From contig OZ244955.1 of NCBI GenBank assembly GCA_965222525.1, positions 256,025 through 320,024 on the forward strand: a stretch of 64,000 nucleotides of DNA. The letters run 5' to 3'. The translations under genes and the position numbers were made by a program. Each line of letters starts with the position of its first letter. The stretch's first letter is position 1. A model generated the notes under the pieces. The model was not told where the DNA came from, did no database searches, and saw only the letters and a list, made by a program, of their open reading frames with translations. Shown here piece after piece: positions 62,443 through 64,000 of this stretch. Source of the stretch: Rickettsiales bacterium (GTDB lineage Bacteria > Pseudomonadota > Alphaproteobacteria > Rickettsiales > UBA8987).

Positions 62443-63099
62443 ATGTACAAAAAGCAAGGTAAGCATATTAAATCCAGTTTAGGTATTTGTTCTGTTATCG
62501 CTCTGATGGCGATATCGTCAGGCGCAGACGCTACTCCCGAAATGAGTGCATATGAATCATATGATTTCACCGCTCATAATAATGTTATATCCGACCCCGA
62601 ATTGGATAAAATGCGCGGGGGTTTCCTGTTCTCCAACGGTCTGAAAGTCGATTTCGGTATATCAATACAGACAATGGTTAATGGTATATTGGTACGTGAG
62701 CTTAACCTGTTCAGCGACCGGCTGGATGAGGTAAATCCTGACGAATTGCAAACAGTGATTCAGGTAGGTAATGGTAATATCGCAGGTGGTGGTAATCCGT
62801 CAGACAGTATGCCAAATGATAGTGGTGCGACAAATGGACAAGGAGTCCCGCAGGTTCAGGCAAATACCGTGCAGAATCAGGTTAACCATGTAGCCGCACC
62901 TGATATAACCGTACATAACGGTATTGCACTGGGTAATATCCCCGGCCTGTCAACAATTATACAGAATAATGTGGATAATGCATTGATCCAGCAGTTTAAC
63001 GTGATGGATGTTAAAGTAAGCGGTTTTAGCGGTTTCAGGATGCAGAACCTGACCCCGATCCTCAACCACCAGGCTATCAATGGTGTTAATGGTTTCTAG
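62443..63099 (+). CDS. Secreted protein with VISDPELDKMRGG motif and Gly/Asn/Gln module (P3)
   Basis: Signal peptide ..ICSVIALMAISSGADA. The motif is at residues 48-60. Later comes GNIPGLSTIIQNNVDNALIQQFNVMDV. Confidence 0.75.
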   Translation: MYKKQGKHIKSSLGICSVIALMAISSGADATPEMSAYESYDFTAHNNVISDPELDKMRGGFLFSNGLKVDFGISIQTMVNGILVRELNLFSDRLDEVNPDELQTVIQVGNGNIAGGGNPSDSMPNDSGATNGQGVPQVQANTVQNQVNHVAAPDITVHNGIALGNIPGLSTIIQNNVDNALIQQFNVMDVKVSGFSGFRMQNLTPILNHQAINGVNGF

Positions 63100-63188
63100 G
63101 AAACGCTTTCTCTTCATATGCTGCTGGAAAGCACAGAAATAGGCCGGTATTCCACCCCTATACCGGCCTTAATTTTGCCTCGGGGTAA

Positions 63189-64000
63189 TCAGAAATCACT
63201 CGACCCGCTGCTTTTCTTCAGGGATACCCCTCCTGTGGGGTCGGCAAAAAACTCCCCGCCCTGCTTCATTTTCAGATTAAGGTTGCTTGCATTATCGGCT
63301 TCTGCCAAAGCAACTTCCTTGGTAATCATACCTTTATTATACAAATCCAGCAGGCACTGATCTAATGTTTGCATCCCAACATCCCTGCTTTTTTCGATAG
63401 TATCCTTTAGTTCTTTAATTTTTCCTTCTTCTACCAAGGCTTTTATCAAACCTTCATTTATCATTATTTCATACGCCAGCACATGATGGCCGTTTTTGCC
63501 CTCAACCAGACGCTGTGACACAACACCTACCAGATTTTGCGACAGGGTTGTCAGAATTTGTTTATGTAATTCCTCGGGGAACAGGTTGATTATACGCTCA
63601 ATAGTCTGGTTGGAGTTGTTGGAGTGTAAAGTGGAAATGACCAGGTGACCGGTCTCGCAAAAAACCAGTGCATTCTCCATAACTTCACGGTCACGTATTT
63701 CCCCGATAACCATTACATCAGGACTCTGGCGCAGGGCATTCTTCAATGCAATGCCGTAGGAATAGGTATCAATACCGATTTCCCGCTGGGTAAACAGGCA
63801 GTTTTTATGATGGTGATAATACTCCACTGGGTCTTCTATAGTTACAATATGACCCTCGCCCACAGTATTACGATGTTCCAGCATTGCAGCCATCGAGGTG
63901 GATTTTCCCGAGCCGGTTGCCCCCACAACTAGCACCAACCCACGCTTCTTCATTATGAAATCCTTGTATATACCCGGCAGACGTAATTCCTCAAAGCTGG
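63189..64000 (-). CDS. PilT/PilU-family type IV pilus retraction ATPase, 5'-partial (PilU-like C-terminus)
   Basis: The frame is open past the Met at 63953 to the window edge (..SFEELRLPGIYKDFIMKKRGLVLVVGATGSGKST). Walker A, DPVEY, VMVIGEIRD and GHLVISTLH motifs are present. Confidence 0.85.
   Translation of the reverse strand, partial: SFEELRLPGIYKDFIMKKRGLVLVVGATGSGKSTSMAAMLEHRNTVGEGHIVTIEDPVEYYHHHKNCLFTQREIGIDTYSYGIALKNALRQSPDVMVIGEIRDREVMENALVFCETGHLVISTLHSNNSNQTIERIINLFPEELHKQILTTLSQNLVGVVSQRLVEGKNGHHVLAYEIMINEGLIKALVEEGKIKELKDTIEKSRDVGMQTLDQCLLDLYNKGMITKEVALAEADNASNLNLKMKQGGEFFADPTGGVSLKKSSGSSDF

Noticed and set aside
1-64000. tRNA, rRNA, tmRNA, RNase P and SRP RNA genes
   Set aside because: I scanned the intergenic regions by eye for T-loop (GGTTCGAATCC-like), RNase P (GAGGAAAGUCC) and SRP (GGAAGCAGCC) signatures and found none. 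A proper tRNAscan/Infernal run is still needed.

Overview
This 64-kb chromosomal window looks like a repeat-ridden, probably host-associated proteobacterium. An alphaproteobacterial origin is my inference from gene content, not a computed result. I can support about 60 protein-coding genes. Most are single-copy housekeeping genes: dnaE, recG, guaB, folC, metF, mrdA, uppS, pal-cpoB, lptA, mlaA/mlaC, rplU-rpmA, rpsT, rpmG, hpf, hom, glpX, ccmG, yggS, motA and fliN. Their classical operon neighbours are mostly missing. Almost every longer intergenic spacer holds one of at least five families of short palindromic MITE-like repeats. There is also a degraded IS630-family element. I found no rRNA, tRNA or CRISPR array. 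One likely 6S RNA sits upstream of the 5-formyl-THF cyclo-ligase gene, and rpmG (57 aa) is missing from the ORF track.

Accessory content:
- two BrnT/BrnA toxin-antitoxin pairs
- a TagF-like glycerophosphotransferase
- a polysaccharide locus with an ABC-2 exporter, a phosphoglycosyl transferase and a His-for-Lys sugar 3-dehydratase-like enzyme
- an A+T-rich island encoding an 874-aa LamG + beta-helix secreted protein next to IS630 debris

Best candidates for something undescribed:
1. 59.4-63.1 kb is a same-strand cluster. A free-standing, signal-peptide-bearing C39 cysteine peptidase sits among three Sec-exported Asn/Gln/Asp-rich proteins that share a C-terminal module. Two of them carry a double-glycine-type motif downstream of their Sec signal. 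This is reminiscent of Fap or curli fibres, but no outer-membrane channel gene is present.
2. 1-7.9 kb holds a TPR protein, a TM-GAF-degenerate-GGDEF protein (PelD-like architecture) and a TM-HEAT/TPR protein. These are followed by two paralogous 237-aa prepilin-like genes bracketing fliN. No glycosyltransferase or secretion ATPase is in view.

All functional calls come from reading motifs by eye. No database search was run.
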